Below the pieces are notes generated by a model. It saw only the letters and a list, made by a program, of their open reading frames with translations, was not told where the DNA came from and made no database searches. A stretch of DNA of 64,000 bases from an uncultured Alphaproteobacteria bacterium (GTDB taxonomy: Bacteria; Pseudomonadota; Alphaproteobacteria; Rs-D84), in NCBI GenBank assembly GCA_944389515.1, contig CALXMQ010000002.1, positions 71,094-135,093 of the forward strand, written 5' to 3'. A program made the translations under genes and the position numbers. Shown here piece by piece: positions 61,494-64,000 of the stretch (the stretch's first letter is position 1; every line of letters starts with the position of its first letter).

Positions 61494-62187
61494 AATTATG
61501 TTTTTGTCAGTGTTTATGTTTTCAATGCTGATGTGCGCACCGGCTGAATTGATGGCGGCGACATCTGGGGGGTCGGCGTCCGAGGCAGCAGTTGCCCAAG
61601 ATATCGCCGCAGAAATGGAAGCGGTTTCCGCAGATGCGGTGGCAGCATATGATGCGTCTGGGTCTGTGTTTCAGCAAATTACTGATTTAGAACAAGAAAA
61701 GGTTTTAATGGAACTGGAAAAAGAACGCGCCCAGTTGGATTTAGAATTAGACAGATTGGCGGCTGAAAAAATCAAATTACATATGGAAATTGATGAATTG
61801 TCTGGACGTGCAGAACAACAGCAACAAGAACTGGAAAATGCCCAGGCAAAGTTAGAAGCCGAAGCCGCAAAATTAGAACGTGAAAAAGAAGCCTTGGAAG
61901 CCCAAACAGAAGAATTGGCAACAAAAAAGACGACAAGTGCAACAACAAATAAATCTGATGAAGGTAAGTCGTTTGATTTTGGTGATCAATACAGATTGGT
62001 AAATGTTATTGGGGCTGGTGCCCAATTACAGGCGACAATCGAAAATTTAGCAACAGGGCAAAATAGAACAATCAGTGTTGGCAAGGTTGTTGATGGTTAT
62101 ACAGTTACATCAATATCTTTGGACGAAGGTGTTGTATTTTCTGATGGTAATGATACCCAGACGTTAAATATTACAAAATCAAAATAA
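61483..62187 (+). CDS. periplasmic coiled-coil protein (BfpU/PilP-like by position)
   Basis: Signal peptide. About 90 aa of E/A/L/K heptad coiled coil. C-terminal beta-rich domain. Confidence 0.35.
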   Translation: MRNKIMFLSVFMFSMLMCAPAELMAATSGGSASEAAVAQDIAAEMEAVSADAVAAYDASGSVFQQITDLEQEKVLMELEKERAQLDLELDRLAAEKIKLHMEIDELSGRAEQQQQELENAQAKLEAEAAKLEREKEALEAQTEELATKKTTSATTNKSDEGKSFDFGDQYRLVNVIGAGAQLQATIENLATGQNRTISVGKVVDGYTVTSISLDEGVVFSDGNDTQTLNITKSK

Positions 62188-62198
62188 AGCGGCGGATT

Positions 62199-63836
62199 AT
62201 GAACGAAGCGGAAAACAATATCATAAACAATATACCGGTGGCGTCACGGCCGTCAATTCCAGCAGGATTGGAAACGGCTGATAACAAGGATATTGTAGAT
62301 TATCTGTTTTCAAATGGAAACAGGTTGTTGACCGCAACAGGTGCAGAACAAGAATTACCAAAAGATACCCAGGGTTTAATTGCGTATTTTTCAGGTGGTG
62401 AAATAATTGTTTCGCGTACACATCGTTATGATGGACGTGTGTTGGCTTTTTTGGATTTGTTAAAGAAACGGGCGCTGCCGATGCGTATACCGTTTTATTC
62501 TGATTTGGGTTTGGTTTCCAGTATATACAAGGCATACGAAGGGCGTTTGGGTGGGGTCGCACGTTCGCGTCAGGATTATGACAACCAAATGCAAAAAGAC
62601 TTTGTCGATATTATTGCCAAGGCCGCGGCGCAAAAGGTTTCTGATATTCATATCGAAGTTGCGGACCAAACAACAATTTATTTCCGTATCGATGGCAGTA
62701 TGCAGCCTGTGTTGGAATATAATTCAGGGTGGGGGGAATCTTTTGTTCGTGCGGCGTTTGCATCGTCTGATATGTCAAATGCAAACTATGCGCAAAATGA
62801 ATACCAGGCGGCACAAAAAGATGGGCGTACACCATTACGTGGCACCAAAGATTTATATTTGCCACGTGGTATATTGAGTATTCGTATGCAATTTAATCCA
62901 ATCGCATTTGGCAGTCGTTATGTCGTTATGCGATTGTTATATGATAATCCATCCGAAGGTATAAAAACAGAACAAGAATTTGGTGAATATGAACAAAAAT
63001 TATTGATGCGGTTGCGGTCTTTTCCAACAGGTTTGGTAATTGTTGCCGGTCCCACCAGTTCTGGGAAATCAACCACGTTGGTGCGTAATATGTCTTTGAT
63101 GTTAAAAGAACATCATTATGAAATAAACTTGATAACCGTGGAAGATCCGGTTGAACAAAAAATATTTGGCGCGCATCAAATGCCGGTGGTAAATACAACA
63201 AACGAAGAACAACGTGAAGAAAAGTATACCGAAGCGTTGGCCGCCGCGTTGCGCAGTGACCCTGATACGTTGATGGTGGGGGAAATTCGTACGTTGGCCG
63301 CCGCCCAGTTGACTGTGCGTGGGGCGTTGTCTGGGCATAATGTGTGGACAACATTGCATGCAAATTCTGCAATGTCTGCATTGACGCGATTGCTGGATTT
63401 GGGAATAGAAGCGTTTAAGTTAAAAGAAGAAACATTGATGCGTGGATTGATATCTATGCGTTTGTTCAAAAAGTTATGCCCACATTGTCGTGAACGTTTG
63501 ATTGATCATCCAGAGGCACCTGAATACGGGCGTGTTATGGATGCGTTTGGTGAATTGGGATTACGCCAGGTATATATTCGTGGCGCCGGATGTGAAGAGT
63601 GCAAAGGTACAGGAACGTTGGGGCGTATCAAGGCCGGGGAAATTATTATTACTAACAGTGAATTTTTACGTATGGCGTTGGCCGGAAATACAGATGGGGC
63701 GTATAAGTATTGGTTAGAAGAAATGGATGGACGTACGCTGAAAGAGGCCGCCACAGCATTGATGTTACAGGGTATTATTGGTGTTGATGAACTGGAACGT
63801 TGGGTTGGGCTGTTGGATAGACCGGGGGTATATTGA
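62199..63836 (+). CDS. GspE/PilB-family secretion ATPase (type IVb pilus assembly ATPase, BfpD / R64 PilQ-like)
   Basis: Walker A AGPTSSGKSTT. Asp and His boxes. C-terminal tetracysteine CPHC...CEEC, typical of GspE/PilB/BfpD. Confidence 0.85.
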   Translation: MNEAENNIINNIPVASRPSIPAGLETADNKDIVDYLFSNGNRLLTATGAEQELPKDTQGLIAYFSGGEIIVSRTHRYDGRVLAFLDLLKKRALPMRIPFYSDLGLVSSIYKAYEGRLGGVARSRQDYDNQMQKDFVDIIAKAAAQKVSDIHIEVADQTTIYFRIDGSMQPVLEYNSGWGESFVRAAFASSDMSNANYAQNEYQAAQKDGRTPLRGTKDLYLPRGILSIRMQFNPIAFGSRYVVMRLLYDNPSEGIKTEQEFGEYEQKLLMRLRSFPTGLVIVAGPTSSGKSTTLVRNMSLMLKEHHYEINLITVEDPVEQKIFGAHQMPVVNTTNEEQREEKYTEALAAALRSDPDTLMVGEIRTLAAAQLTVRGALSGHNVWTTLHANSAMSALTRLLDLGIEAFKLKEETLMRGLISMRLFKKLCPHCRERLIDHPEAPEYGRVMDAFGELGLRQVYIRGAGCEECKGTGTLGRIKAGEIIITNSEFLRMALAGNTDGAYKYWLEEMDGRTLKEAATALMLQGIIGVDELERWVGLLDRPGVY

Positions 63837-63837
63837 T

Positions 63838-64000
63838 ATGACAACAAAAATGGATTTATGGTATGCCCGGTTGGTTTTTCGGTTGAATACTGAAAAACGT
63901 ATGGCCACAGCGCGAAAGTTGGCATCACTGTTGCGTAATGATTTTACATTGATGGATGCGCTGGGGCGATTGGAATCAATAGAATCACATGGTGGAACCA
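63838..64000 (+). CDS. GspF/PilC-family polytopic platform protein (BfpE / PilR-like), 5' partial at window end
   Basis: The N-terminus ...TEKRMATARKLASLLRNDFTLMDAL fits the GspF N-domain motif (LATLLxAGLPLxxAL). Overlaps the ATPase stop (TGATATG). Confidence 0.5.
   Translation, partial: MTTKMDLWYARLVFRLNTEKRMATARKLASLLRNDFTLMDALGRLESIESHGGT

Overview
AT-rich bacterial chromosomal segment with strongly variable GC. Gene content and synteny look alphaproteobacterial, and the reductions seen suggest an endosymbiont-type reduced genome: MnmG and GpsA are shortened, and the canonical operons are split (mnmG is far from rsmG-parA-parB, infC is far from rpmI-rplT, and no rpoD follows dnaG). Most of the window is dense housekeeping: truB, mutS, xseB, infC, pal, parAB, rsmG, gpsA, mreB, rnpA-yidD, accBC, recF, metG, queH, fabDG, mnmG, ileS, nth, pheST, rplT-rpmI, mreCD-mrdA-rodA, topA, dnaG, ychF and lpxK-lpxC. 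Four tRNAs are present (Cys, Val, Thr and initiator Met). The accessory content that stands out is as follows. (1) A type IVb-pilus assembly gene set in bfpC-U-D-E / R64 pilO-P-Q-R order, running off the 3' end of the window (60231 onwards). (2) Scattered type IVa secretion components: an orphan VirB2-like pilin at 34.8 kb, and virB3-virB4 plus a secreted HExxH protein at 51-54.5 kb, preceded by an array of TTGTTGAAAA repeats. (3) A MacB-type ABC exporter gene pair with a low-GC orphan radical-SAM gene directly downstream and same-strand, although an intervening hairpin+T-run suggests the radical-SAM gene is transcribed separately; a TolC/MacA-like pair lies 6 kb away. (4) Two tRNA genes (Cys, fMet) each flanked by a duplicated copy of their 3' end plus terminator, with a short unique spacer. 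(5) A compact multi-helix RNA-like structure upstream of tRNA-Val. (6) Two parS-like palindromes in the rsmG-parA spacer. An rpmJ gene below the ORF-track size cutoff was recovered manually. No transposases, CRISPR arrays or rRNA were seen.
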